Positions 35,925-49,279 of a stretch of DNA of 64,000 nt are shown piece after piece. Numbering within the stretch: position 1 is the stretch's first letter; each line of letters begins with the position of its first letter. Position numbers and translations under genes: made by a program. The stretch is from Octopus bimaculoides (taxonomy: Eukaryota): NCBI RefSeq assembly GCF_001194135.2, contig NC_069001.1, forward strand, positions 9,743,802 to 9,807,801. Direction: 5' to 3'. A model generated the notes under the pieces. The model did no database searches. It was not told the origin of the DNA and saw only the letters and a list, made by a program, of their open reading frames with translations.

Positions 35925-36594
35925 TTATTTCTTTATTGCCCACAAGGGGCTAAACATAGAGGGGACAAACAAGGACAGACAAAGGGATTAAGTCGATTAC
36001 ATCGAGACCAGTGCGTAACTGGTACTTATTTAATCGACCCCGAAAGGATGAAAGGCAAAGTCGACCTTGGCGGAATTTGAACTCAGAATGCAAAGGCAGA
36101 CGAAATACTGCTAAGCATTTCGCCTGGCGTGTTAACGCTTCTGCCAGCTCGCTGCCTCATAAGTGACAAATATTCTTTTCTACTTTAGGCACAAGGTCCG
36201 AAATGTTTGGGGAGCGGGCTAGTCGATTAGATCGACTCCGGTATGCATCTTGTACTTAATTTTCGCGATCCCCGAAAGAGTGAAAGGCAAAATCGAATTC
36301 GGCGGTATTTGAACTCAAAACGTAGACAGGCAAAATACCGCTGAGCATTTAGCCGGCGTACTAACGTTTCTTATTTCTACCCACAAGGTTCAACACACAG
36401 AGGGGACAAAGAAGTACAGACAAAGGGATTAAGTCGATTATATCACCTCCAGTGCATAACTGGTACTTATTTAATCGACCCCGTAAGGATGAAAGGCAAA
36501 GTCGACCTCGGTGGAATTTGAACTCAGAACATAAAGAGAGACAAAATAGCGCTAAGCATTTCGCCCGTCGTGCTAACGTTTCTGCCAGCTCGCT
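35925..36594 (-). mobile_element. Cluster of three SINE family A copies, two fused head-to-tail
   Basis: Units at 35925-36160, 36175-36369 and 36370-36594. Confidence 0.9.
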
Positions 36595-36962
36595 AATTAA
36601 GCACTGATAATAAGAGAAAAAAAAGAAAAAAAAACTGAGTGAAAGCAACGGCATAGCAACGACGACAACGGCCATGACAACAACAAGAACAACATGAGTG
36701 TAAAGAAAGTGCTGAAGTGAATCAGTTATAAACTCTCTTATTGAATTAGATTGTTTTTTTCTTGTTGATAGGAGAGTTCGGCTCATAATTGATACACAGC
36801 CAACAAATGTCACACTTGGTGACTTTTGCTGTTTGCACCTCTATTTAAAGATTTCACCTGATAAAGACTGAATATACATCCAGAGCTTATTGCTGGCTTA
36901 GGTGTACATGCATACATGCATATATCTATCTACCTACCTACCTACATACATATATTCAATAA

Positions 36963-36993
<31 letters not shown>

Positions 36994-37035
36994 TACGTAT
37001 GTACAAGTGAATACAGGTATATGTATGTATATATG

Positions 37036-37083
<48 letters not shown>

Positions 37084-37174
37084 AATGTAAATGTACAGGT
37101 ATATATATGTATATGTATGTTTATATAAGTATGAATGTATTTATATGTATATATACATATATGTATGTATATAC

Positions 37175-37235
<61 letters not shown>

Positions 37236-37679
37236 CATGCATGCACACACACACACGCACATACACACACATAAATATATTAGGAAACCATTTGTATTTC
37301 TGTACTTAAATTCATTTTGTATACACATTTGTGTGAAGTATGTCGTACGGGCAAGTTTTTTTTTATCAGTTTGCACACGGATACACGAACGCTGACACCT
37401 ATGCACTCACAAGCACATACAAGCATATGCTTAGATATATGTATGCTTGCACATACATATACATATACATACTGATGTGTATATATATATATATGTATAT
37501 GTATGTGTGTGTGTAGGTATGCGTATATGCACAAACCATAAACCTTGAAAAACTTTCGTCAAGGAAACATCGAAAATAAATACAAACATGCATGCGTATA
37601 TTCATATATACACTCGTACAACATACATGAATATATCAACACACACACGCATATCTACGTACACACACACACACACATG

Positions 37680-37710
<31 letters not shown>

Positions 37711-37720
37711 NNNNNNNNNN

Positions 37721-37765
<45 letters not shown>

Positions 37766-38354
37766 GCAATGTATGCATATATGTATATATTTATATATGT
37801 ATATATAACACATAAACACACATACACACACACCAATCTTGGTACCAAAAAACATTTACTGGAATGGTGAACGGCTACACATGTAAAGAAACGTTCCTAA
37901 CTTCCTCACATTTGTTCAAATATTGCCAGAAAGGGCAAATGTTTTGCAGTATTTAAACTCAACCATATATGTATATTCCATATTTTTTGTGTTTATATTC
38001 CGGCAAAATTTCAAGGAGCATTTTTCTTTTTTTTCAGGGTTGTGTGTCAAGAAATCCTTTTACCTGGGGCTACAGGCAAAAAATATTTACCCTTAATATG
38101 TCTGAAAATAAATCAGATGATATTGACCGAGAGCACATTCATGGCTTCCGTTTGTAGTGACTTACATTTTCTTGGCATCGGTTCAACTCCCTAATAAAAC
38201 TGTCCCCTAGAGCCTGTTAAGCTATATGCTTATGTGTAGAGCACACACACACAATTACGTACCTATACATACATATATATATACATACCTATATATATCC
38301 ATACCAATATATAATTATATATATAGACGTGTAGATATACATACATATATATAT

Positions 38355-38385
<31 letters not shown>

Positions 38386-38628
38386 GATAGATAGATAGGT
38401 AGCTATATATTTATGTATACAAGTACAATATATAAGATATAAGCACACGGAGTAAGATACATGCATACATACATACACACACACATATATTTATGTATGT
38501 ATGTATAATTTTGTGCATATGCAATTTTCCTGTTTAAAAGTACATTTATAAATGCAGCTATGTTTATCTACATGTATCTGTGTATTTATTGTATATGTGT
38601 CTGTGTATGAAAGTATATTTGTATGCGA

Positions 38629-38668
<40 letters not shown>

Positions 38669-38780
38669 AATTTAAAATTGAAGTTACGATTTAGACTGGA
38701 GTCATCAAAAAGCAGTATCGGAATCTTTTTGGGGGCATGTCCCAGGTACTCTATCTGAATAGGACGTTCACCTCTTATGG

Positions 38781-38818
<38 letters not shown>

Positions 38819-38899
38819 ATATGAATAATATATATATGCATATATACATACGTATATGTACATACTTACATCTATACGTATATATATGCATATGTGGGC

Positions 38900-39305
38900 T
38901 CAGGACGTCACGATGTGTACACCAAAAAAATTAGGAAGCACGAGTACATGGAAAATGAACTATTCTTTTGAACAAAGAAAGACACAGATGGAAGAGAAAA
39001 CGAACAACATGAAGAACGACCCTTCATCATTTAGTTGTTGGCTGTTTTTCTAGTCTCATATTTCGAGCATTTAACAACAATATATGCTTCCGATGAAACA
39101 GTTGTTCCCGTAAAGCAAATTAAATAAGATTTAAGATTTTGCGGAAGGGCAAAATTGGTAACACAAACAGGACAGTGAAAACAAACAGGAAGGGCTGCTA
39201 AGCCTAAACGAGGTTTTGGTGGCGAATGCGTAAATCAAGCTGGGATAGGAGACAAACAAGAACACGTTTTCCTTGTTCCAACTACAACAATGAGAAAGAA
39301 AGATA
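38900..39305 (+). repeat. Unclassified ~400-bp dispersed repeat (family G), copy 1
   Basis: Reverse-complement match to 58967-59390 (e.g. TTGTTGGCTGTTTTTCTAGTCTC, CCTAAACGAGGTT, GTGTACACC). Confidence 0.85.
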
Positions 39306-39456
39306 AATAGCCGTTGTCATTACTATTCATCCTTCAGAATAATAAATTTGTAATCTTGGAAATATGGAGTAATGCTTACGTTTAATCTAAAACTCCTTTT
39401 TATTTATAACTAATAATACACACGAAGATTAATATATATATATATATATATACATA

Positions 39457-40148
39457 CGAGGTGGGACCCGAAAGAAACAGAAATTTTGAAATATTATTTC
39501 AATTTCTTTGTTTTATACGTTTACCGCCTTCATAAGTATTCTCGGAGCAATGCATTGGTCTTTTCCGCTATTCGAAGCAAAACACAAATTTATGAGTGCC
39601 TTCTAAGCTGGAAGACCAACTTTGTTCAGGACAACCGTTGACCCTCAGAACGAATGAAACAATCATGAACATTCACCAACTGATCTTGGAAGACCGTCAT
39701 CGAAAAATTGGGGAACTTTTTGATATGACTGGTATGTCCTGGAGCTCCTGCTAACAAATTTTGAGTGAGGAGTTGTGAATTAAAAAAGTTACAGCAAAAT
39801 TGGTGCTTAGCTTCTTCACAGAAGATCAAAAGTTGGTCTTCAAGTGTAGAAGCCACTCGTAAACCTGTATTTTGCTCTTGGCAGCGTCCTTGTAAACTGG
39901 TTGAAGCATGACAACTGTTTTGGCCGCCGTTTTCCCCGGCAGAAAACAGAATTTCACGGAACCTCGCTGTTCCTTCGTTTCAATCGTCGCAAAAAACGAA
40001 AGGAGATGCACGGCAAATCAAAGACGTACCACGTGGCAGTAGGACCAGACCTGAATAGACCGGTCAGCAGATTGATGCCTGAGCGTCGTATCAACTGACT
40101 GGCTTGTCCCACAGAGAACGTTTCCAGTTACTTTTGGGTGCCCCCTCG
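39457..40148 (-). mobile_element. Internally deleted mariner with an inverted internal segment
   Basis: TA-CGAGG...ACCC TIRs at both ends. Minus strand: KEQRGSVKFCFLPGKTAAKTVVMLQPVYKDAAKSKIQVYEW. Plus strand 39608-39830: LEDQLCSGQPLTLRTNET...EDRHRKIGELFDMTGMSWSSC*QILSEEL*IKKVTAKLVLSFFTEDQK. Confidence 0.9.
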
Positions 40149-40317
40149 TATATTTAAACAAAATACAAATTAGGGGAAGTACTCAACGAAAGGTACTCCG
40201 CTAGCCACTCATCAGGCCAAAAATACTTTGGTCAAATGAAGGTTACATTGACGTCAAGTGATTCCATATTGGATTTCTATTCGCTTGCATAGCAAACATA
40301 TATACTCATATATATAT

Positions 40318-40400
40318 GGGGTCGATTTGTTCGACTAAAGGCGGTGCTTCAGCATGGCCGCAGTCAAATGACTGAAACAAGTAAAAGAGTAAAGAGTGTA
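40318..40400 (+). mobile_element. SINE family B tail fragment
   Basis: GGGGTCGATTTGTTCGACTAAAGGCGGTGCTTCAGCATGGCCGCAGTCAAATGACTGAAACAAGTAAAAGAG. Confidence 0.85.
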
Positions 40401-40689
40401 TATATNNNNNNNNNNNNNNNNNNNNNNNNNNNNNNNNNNNNNNNNNNNNNNNNNNNNNNNNNNNNNNNNNNNNNNNNNNNNNNNNNNNNNNNNNNNNNNN
40501 NNNNNNNNNNNNNNNNNNNNNNNNNNNNNNNNNNNNNNNTATATATATATATATATATATGAATATATGTATTCGTGTCTATATAGATATATATGTGTAT
40601 ATGAATGTGTGTGTATGTGTGTACATTTATGTATATCTACACTCACAACCACCGTTACCTGATGCATCTTCGTGTCAAGTCCGACATGA

Positions 40690-40930
40690 CGGTCGATCAT
40701 CCACTCGACCGATGAAGTGAGAAGCCTGCTTCTTCGATGAATGCACGTTCAAGTGGCTGAGTGCCACGCAGTTATGAACCTCCCATGTAGAATCAGTGTG
40801 ACACAACGGACTTCTACCGCTTTTTCGCCTACCAAGTGTTTCACACGTCATGATGTTAAACAGTGGGGACGAACAGCGCATGTCTTGATTCTGAAGGGAA
40901 TTTCTTAACCACCCAGTCATGCGCGCATTT
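40690..40930 (-). mobile_element. Old tRNA-SINE with C-like 3' tail
   Basis: Minus strand has GCGCATGACTGGGTGGTTAAGA and GTTCGTCCCC, later CTCAGCCACTTGAACGT...AGCAGGCT as in the family C tail. Confidence 0.5.
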
Positions 40931-41799
40931 TGACACGCGTGTTGATACGTGTGTCTATATTTGCATCTGAGTATGTGCATTATATATAAATGCGTGTGTG
41001 TGTGTATGTGTGATAAATATATGTATTTGCATATATGTATATATTTATATATATGTACATATTTGTGTATGTGTGTGTGTATAACCACACATATACACAC
41101 TCATATATGCCTGTATATCTGTGTATGAATGAGAATTCGTACACTTTTATTACGTTTACGTTACAAGTACAGATGTCCACATTAAAAGCTTCACAATTTG
41201 AACATGTCACATTAGTAGTCCCGATTGTGTTTCCATTGTATATCGTGACATTTTACCAATCAACTTTAATTTGAAATGTCCCCCAACTAGCAACTTCAAA
41301 AGTTCTTCCTTTCGGCTACTCAAAAGCGAAGGACACCCTGCCAATAACGTGATAAATCTATGAAGAGATTTCATTTTGATAATACTTTAAGCTATAGCCC
41401 TAAATCCATTTAAGATTGGAAATATATTCCCAACAGACACGCTCATTGCAGTTCAGTTTTGATTGTATCTTATCAATACATTTTGAAATTCATTTCTTTT
41501 CTGGTTTTCTCTTCTTTCTATTTTCTGTTTTTGTTATACAGTATAATAAGTGAATTTCGGTGTTCAATTCCCGCTGGAATTGGCTATTGAGGATGTTCGT
41601 CATTTACAGTGATTTAAAAATATATATATATATATACATATACTAATTACACAAGTCTATTAATCTTGTTGGAAGTTGGGTAGTCGATTATATCGATCCT
41701 GCTCTGTTCAACAAGTACTTATTTATTCCTCCTGGAACAGATTTAAAGCAAAGTTGATCTCGGTGCTATTTGAGTAAAATTACTAATAGAGAAACGAAA

Positions 41800-42015
41800 A
41801 TAAACTTTCGAGAAAGCAACGCCACCACAGGTTGCTGTAGCTTCGGTCAAAGAATGACTTTTGAGTGAGTTTGGTAGACGGTAACTTGAGGAAGCGCTTT
41901 GTATGCATATATGTGTGTGTGTCTTTATAGTTGTGCTTGCCTCCCACTTCCACCGTTTGTTAACTGGTGTTGGTTTGCTTATGTCCCCGTAACGCAGCAG
42001 TTCGGTAAATGAGCC
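41800..42015 (+). mobile_element. Diverged SINE family B middle fragment
   Basis: GTGAGTTTGGTAGACGGTAACT...CTGGTGTTGGTTTGCTTATGTCCCCGTAAC...GTTCGG. Confidence 0.65.
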
Positions 42016-43196
42016 CCAGAGAGTCATTAACAAAAGATAAAACAAAAAATATGAATACGTGCTGGGAAGAACATCATCGCACTCGATGATTTGTCTTCGA
42101 CTCGTGTCGACAAATGACAAAATTATTTGCAATAAATAGAAGACCATTTGAGGTATAATTTTAAAATACCTGCTTCAACTACGAAACGAACCAGCGCTTT
42201 CCTGCAGTGCCGTGTGGTTTCTTTGAGAAACTTAGCACTTGCAATATCTTTCTCTCAACAACTTAAAAACCAATAGCAATGTTAAAAATATCATTGAAAA
42301 ATCATGCAAAAAAAAAAAAAGTAAAACCAGAGGAAAATCTCCATCACACAAGCACACTCGCAGATAAACATGCATACATGGATGCATATATGCATACGTT
42401 CCTACATACGTGCACAAATACAGGCACAAGCAGTGCTAACTTTCACTTTCCATAACTAATTTACCTGGCACTTAAAATTATCTACCCGGAGCCATTGTTT
42501 TCTGCTAGACATAACAAGACGCAAATATCACGAAACCTGATCTCTTAGACACACATCAATGGGTAACAATAAGTAATATAGGATCTAAGATTTGGTAATT
42601 TCCGTATGTGCCTGTACAATGACCACAAGATATCTGGCCTTTCCCACTGTCATATCTCTATACATATCATCCATATGTCTATATCATTTATTGTTAACAC
42701 ATATTGCCAACTTTTTGTCGCTTTCCTTGTTGGATTCGTTGTTGTAATTCTCATTGTTATTGTAGGTAGTTGGAGCGCTGGTGGTCGCAGTATTAAGTGA
42801 ATTATGTACGTCTAGCAATCCATGCATACACAGGTATGGGAAGAACGCATCTTAAAATTTTCCACAAAGGCTCTATAAAACTCTCGACGTTTATCTATCT
42901 ATCTATCTATCTAACTATACATCTACCTTTATGTGAGAGTACATGTAAATTTATATATATATATATNNNNNNNNNNNNNNNNNNNNNNNNNNNNNNNNNN
43001 NNNNNNNNNNNNNNNNNNNNNNNNNNNNNNNNNNNNNNNNNNNNNNNNNNNNNNNNNNNNNNNNNNNNNNNNNNNNNNNNNNNNNNNNNNNNNNNNNNNN
43101 NNNNNNNNNNNNNNNNNNNNNNNNNNNNNNNNNNNNNNNNNNNNNNNNNNNNNNNNNNNNNNNNNNNNNNNNNNNNNNNNNNNNNNNNNNNNNNNN

Positions 43197-43248
<52 letters not shown>

Positions 43249-43884
43249 TAAATATGTATATAAGCAAACAGGTAAATATATCTTTATGCATATATACATA
43301 TATATATATATACATATATTACGTATATACATATGTACATGCACAAACAAATAAATTTATGTCTAAGTATAAATGTATGTATTTATAAATACATGCACAC
43401 ATGAGTTTATATATGTGTCTATGTATATGTCTATATATATATATTTTGTCCCTAATATTATATATATATATATATAAAGACATATATAAAGGTTTTATAC
43501 ATTGCAGATTGTTTTTACTCGTATACACTCTGACATTCCTTAAATATTTTTTCGTTTGTTATTTGGTAAGAAACTTCACCTTACGTAGTGCAGAGTATAT
43601 CCGCCGAAAGCTATATCTTTCAATATTTGACAAAACTTCTTATAGATATATAAGTCTTATGATAATTTACAACTACGTCTTTCCTGCACCTCCTCCCTCT
43701 ATCCGCACCTTCTTCATCTTCTTCTCCCCCTTCTCCGTTTAGCTTAATATTAAATTTTCCCCTCCTATTTCTTTTTCCACCGAAGATGCACACATACTCA
43801 CACATGAACACACACACACAAATTCATATATGTGCTTACATGTATATATGCATATATAAATATACACACACATACACACACGCA

Positions 43885-43924
<40 letters not shown>

Positions 43925-44169
43925 CAAGTAGACGTGTGCTTCCTTGTGTGTATGCACTGGTATGCATGTTTTCCCCGTGTGTATGAGTGTGAGAATTTGT
44001 ATATTTATACCTCTATGCATATTTTCAGCTTAGTTTTTGCGTGCATGCCAAAATATCCTTCCTTCCTGCTTATCAAAGATAACCGACGGCTATTTCTAGT
44101 GAAAGAAACAAATGCATCAGGAAATCAAGCATGTCCTATCGATGTGTGTCTACTGCATATGTACACAGG

Positions 44170-44373
44170 ATATGTATATATATATGTATATACCTATATC
44201 ATATATATATATATATATACCTATATCATATATATATATATATATGTATGTACCTATATCATATATATATATATATGTATGTACCTATATCATAGATATA
44301 TATATGTATGTATGTATATATATATATATATATATATGTATGTACCTATATCATAGATATATATATATGTATG

Positions 44374-44413
<40 letters not shown>

Positions 44414-44472
44414 TACATGTATGTACCTATATCATAGATATATATATATGTATGTATGTATGNNNNNNNNNN

Positions 44473-44532
<60 letters not shown>

Positions 44533-44735
44533 ATATATATATATATGTGTATATATACATATATATGTATATTTACGCGCATATATACATATATATGTAT
44601 ATTTACGCGCATATATACATATATATGTATATTTACGCGCATATATACATATATATGTATATTTACGCGCATATATACATNNNNNNNNNNGCGCATATAT
44701 ACATATATATGTATATTTACGCGCATATATACATG
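44170..44735. repeat. Compound TA-rich minisatellites
   Basis: Units GTACCTATATCATA(TA)n and a 30-bp unit ATATACATATATATGTATATTTACGCGCAT. Confidence 0.9.
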
Positions 44736-45368
44736 TGAGATATATATTTTTGTAAGTCTTGTTATGTATATATATATATATATATCTATATAACTCCTTA
44801 ACTATTAACTTACATATATATTTATATGAAGTAACGTGGTTATATGTGAGAACATATATATATATATATATATATATATACGTCTATACATGCATCTTTC
44901 ACAAGNNNNNNNNNNATATATATATATATATATATATACATTAATATAATTATTAATATCATAATTTTATTTTTCTCATTTTTATGGCAACTTGCATAAA
45001 AAAAAACAAATATCAAACTGAAATTTTTCTCCGTAAACTTTAGTAGACTTATGTATTAAGTTTTATGATAATGTTGATAGCAATATGTATCTTAGTGTTT
45101 GTGCGTATATTTGTTTATATATGTTAGATCATATATATGCTTGCGTATGCCTGTGTAAATATATGCAGCTGCGCATAATTGTTTATATGTTATTGTGAGT
45201 GTGTTTGTAGGTGATACATACCTCTCTATCCATCCGTCCTTCTATCTATCTATCTATCTATCTCACTTCTACCCCCATAAATTCTATAAGAAATGCGAAC
45301 AAACCTGTGTGAAATCAATAATGATGATAATATTAATAATGAATATAATAATAATGTTAGTGCCTTTT

Positions 45369-45768
45369 GGCTTAAAATCTGAGACAGAAGGGTTTATCCT
45401 AACCCAGAATGAGCAACGTCTACCTACAAGAAGCTACCAGGCCAAAATCTTAAAGGACGGCAGTAGTCCAATATGTCGTGTATGTATCAAGAAAACTAAA
45501 CCATCGATCGTGTTGTCTGCTTGTACAGCATTTTTGCACCCACAGATTATTTCAACAGACATGATAGAGCAGCAGGGTATATTCACTGCAAAGACTTGGA
45601 TCTGCCCCATGATAATAACTGGTGAAAATACAACACCTCCGGTGCTTGAAAATGATCATATCTCACTCCTTTGGAACTTTACTGTTCAAACTGACAGAAT
45701 GATAGCTGCAAATAGGCCAGAGAACATATCGAAGGTGTTCTGACAAAAAGCATGCCTTTTCATCGATC
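45369..45768 (+). mobile_element. R4/Dong-type (RLE) non-LTR retrotransposon ORF C-terminal fragment
   Basis: GLKSETEGFI..Q..LPTRSYQAKILKDGSSPICRVC; shifted frame TIDRVV...APTDYFNRHDRAAGYIH; then PPVLENDHISLLWNFTVQTDRMIAANRP...ACLFID. These are the CCHC knuckle and PD..D restriction-like endonuclease motifs. Confidence 0.85.
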
Positions 45769-45769
45769 C

Positions 45770-46210
45770 ATTGTGCCCATTTTAAACCACCTGTAAGAAT
45801 ATGTCAGGATAATGAATGGTATATATATAAAACATTCATGAACTAGCTCCTGGCTTTTGCAGGTTGTTTTATATACATAGAAAACGGTTTTATTTAAGTT
45901 ATCCTTGTTTACTGATCGATTTAAAAGTCTTCTGCTTTTGCCGTCTGTGATATGTTTAGTAATTATAGGTTCGTGGTGTGGTTCAATTTTACCACATTTT
46001 ATTTCTTCATTTAGCATATGTTATGGACACTGTTTAGCTATGCTCTTGGCTTGTGTAATGTCTTCGAAATTTACTGTTTTATCGATAGATGGTCTCGCAA
46101 ATTTACTGCTTTATCAATAGTTTTAGACTAAAGAGTCTGAACATGCAAATTAGCGCTTTCTTCAAGTTTTTCATTACTTGTCCTTTTATAATGTGGTGTA
46201 AACTAAGTCC
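45770..46210 (-). mobile_element. Decayed Penelope-like thumb/GIY-YIG endonuclease segment
   Basis: Minus frames give KNLKKALI..F..KLLI, RNKM, KSRRLLNRSVNKDNLNKTVFYVYKTTC...YIPFIILTYSYRWFKM and HNGSMKRH. These follow the PLE order (thumb; RNQM; NVVYxFxC..YIGxTxxxLxRR..H..GSIxxH). Confidence 0.55.
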
Positions 46211-46824
46211 ACCGTGTCTGCACAGACTTGTATTGGTCGTTACTACTCCATTTCACATACATAGTGTGTACATAGGACAACAATATATATACATACACAC
46301 ACGCACACACATATATGTATATGTATGTATATATATAGTCCCTCGAAACGGCCGTCATAAATTGACACTTATACATGTTTATTACTCATANNNNNNNNNN
46401 NNNNNNNNNNNNNNNNNNNNNNNNNNNNNNNNNNNNNNNNNNNNNNNNNNNNNNNNNNNNNNNNNNNNNNNNNNNNNNNNNNNNNNNNNNNNNNNNNNNN
46501 NNNNNNNNNNNNNNNNNNNNNNNNNNNNNNNNNNNNNNNNNNNNNNNNNNNNNNNNNNNNNNNNNNNNNNNNNNNNNNNNNNNNNNNNNNNNNNNNNNNN
46601 NNNNNNNNNNNNNNNNNNNNNNNNNNNNNNNNNNNNNNNNNNNNNNNNNNNNNNNNNNNNNNNNNNNNNNNNNNNNNNNNNNNNNNNNNNNNNNNNNNNN
46701 NNNNNNNNNNNNNNNNNNNNNNNNNNNNNNNNNNNNNNNNNNNNNNNNNNNNNNNNNNNNNNNNNNNNNNNNNNNNNNNNNNNNNNNNNNNNNNNNNNNN
46801 NNNNNNNNNNNNNNNNNNNNNNNN

Positions 46825-46856
<32 letters not shown>

Positions 46857-48504
46857 TGTGTGCGTGTGTTTGTGTGTGTGTATTATTATTATTGAGTTAG
46901 AAAACAGAGAGATCTAATGGATACCAATTAATTTATTAATTAAAAAAAAAATTATAAATTTGTATCCATTAGATCTCGCTGTTTTTCTAACTCGATAGCA
47001 ATGTTTGATATTTTACGATATTTTATATAATATATTCATATAGGATAAGTACTAGGCTTACATTTTCTCTTCTACTCATTCGCCATGCTTGACCGCTAAA
47101 TCTACACGTTTTTTTTCTTCATTCTCTCTCTGTTTATTTTCTCTTATTCTTTTTTGTTGAAGAGCGTAGGCTTGAAACTTAAAATACTCTTTCCTTTTCC
47201 CGAGTGTCAAACTAACACACCTGCTTGCTGTTCATATATCTGTCTTCGTATTTTGCTTTTCTGTAAATTTCAACTATATAAATATATATATGTGTGTGTG
47301 TGTGTGTGTATGTGTGTGTATGTGTGTGTACGTATGTATGTATGTATATATATATATGTATGCACACACATATATGTACATATATGTATGCACACACACA
47401 TATTAAAATATATATCATCTTCAGATGTTAGATATATAGGCAACGCCTAAAATATTGTTAGTCCATTATATCATATCAAACATTACGTTTTTATGTTTAC
47501 TGCTTTTAGCGATCTCTTTTTGTCACATGATAAATCATTGAACTTCAAGTTCATCACAAGAGTCAATATAAACACTGAAAATGTAAAACATACACCTGCA
47601 AATGCATGCAAACACTTGTACGCACGCACGCACACACACACACACACACACATATATACATCAACACATACCCACATACTCGCACGCAAACACACATACC
47701 TACACATAGACTCACACGTACATACACATAAAGATATAATGAATGATTGAGTGTTTTTAATTAATGTTCCTGCCAAAAAAAAAAAAAAAAAAGTTTGACT
47801 ACTGATGCAAAATATTCCAGTTCATAGACACGGTGTATCATATAACTTAGTTGATGTCGAGGTGGGTCCTGTGAGAGTATTGTAACTGTAGATTTAAAAG
47901 TGTAATTTCTTAAGCAATATTAAAGCCAGTTTTACTTTGGGGAAGAATTAATCTATATTACATTTGACTATATTTTCTGATCTCCAGCATCGGAACCAGG
48001 CCCTGCTCGGAACATGTTCATCTCTGGCATACTTCTCTGGATAATTGAGACAGACGAGCACTACCACCCCTCAACAAGGATTGGACCGTGTGGTGGTTAG
48101 CTACTTGAGGATGGAGGAAAATATATTCCATGATGCTATTTGTAATATCGAACGCATTGTCTTTAAAGTTTTTTTACATAACATAAATCATTGACCCAAA
48201 ACGGATAAGATTCTTCCAATTTTGACAATTTAATGCCGTTCACACATAGAGACATCACTCACACATATCGGAAATAGAGAATTGATACCTATATCAATTC
48301 CATTATTTGATTGGTACTTGATTTTTTATAGATCCAAGAAATTTGAAAAAGCAAGATAATCATTTACTGAATTTGAGTTCAACATGTAAAGCGATGTGGT
48401 TAAATACCGAACGAACTTGCATATCGTAGCTTTATGTTCATCGAATGAAATTACAATAGCGATTTTTTCATTGAAACACAAAGTGTCACAGTTTGCAAAG
48501 AGGA

Positions 48505-49050
48505 CAATCGGTTATATCGATCCTCTGTTTGATTCATACATTATTTTATTGACTTCAGATGAATAAATTGCAAAGTAAACGTGGGCGGGAGTTAAAATCA
48601 GAGATTTAAAGCGGCGTTACTCTATAGCGCTGTGGAGGCGCAATGGCCCAGTGGTTAGGGCAGTGGACTCGCGGTCATAGGATCGCGGTTTCGATTCCCA
48701 GACCGAGCGTTGTGAGTGTTTATTGAGCGAAAACACTTAAAGTTCCACGAGGCTCCAGCAGGGGATGGTAGCGAACCCTGCTGTACTCTTTCACCACAAC
48801 TTTCTCTCACTCTTACTTCCTGTTTCTGTTGTGCCTGTAATTCAAAGGGTCAGCCTTGTCACACTGTGTCACGCTGAATATCCCCGAGAACTACGTTAAG
48901 GGTACACGTGTCTGTGGAGTGCTCAGCCACTTCCACGTTAATTTCATGAGCAGGCTGTTCAGTTGATGGGATCAACTGGAACCCTCGACGTCGTAAGCGA
49001 CGGAGTGCCAACAACTCTATAGCGCTAAATGCTTTATCCAACGTTTTACC
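48505..49050 (-). mobile_element. Old SINE family A copy interrupted by family C
   Basis: Degenerate TCGGTTATATCGATCC...GCAAAGT...AATCAGAG on the left and GCTAAATGCTTT...AACG on the right of the insertion. Confidence 0.55.
48632..49013 (+). mobile_element. SINE family C, full length, with 13-bp TSD
   Basis: GGAGGCGCAATGGCCCAGTGGTTAGGG head, GGTTTCGATTCCC B-box, GGAGTGCCAACA end. TSD ACTCTATAGCGCT at 48619-48631 and 49014-49026. Confidence 0.92.
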
Positions 49051-49279
49051 AATTAGTTACTCAAGTGTCTAAATCGAGTGTCGTCTGTATAGGATTATAC
49101 GATCTACACGAAATAGCTGCCATATACATCCAGCATCTTAGAATAAAATTAATTTGATAATCCGGTCCTGGTTCAATGAATATCTTTAGAATACTGAATT
49201 GTAAGTGATAACTTTACTCGATCAGGACTGAGCATGCTTTATAAAACTAGCATAAACACAAATACAGTGGACCCCTTTG

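Noticed and set aside
38038-38157. Strong acceptor TTTTTCTTTTTTTCAG followed by a short frame with faint piggyBac-like wording
   Set aside because: No matching donor and similarity too weak to support.
44540-44735. CRISPR-like regular repeats
   Set aside because: Contiguous 30-bp minisatellite units without unique spacers, in a eukaryotic context with no cas genes.
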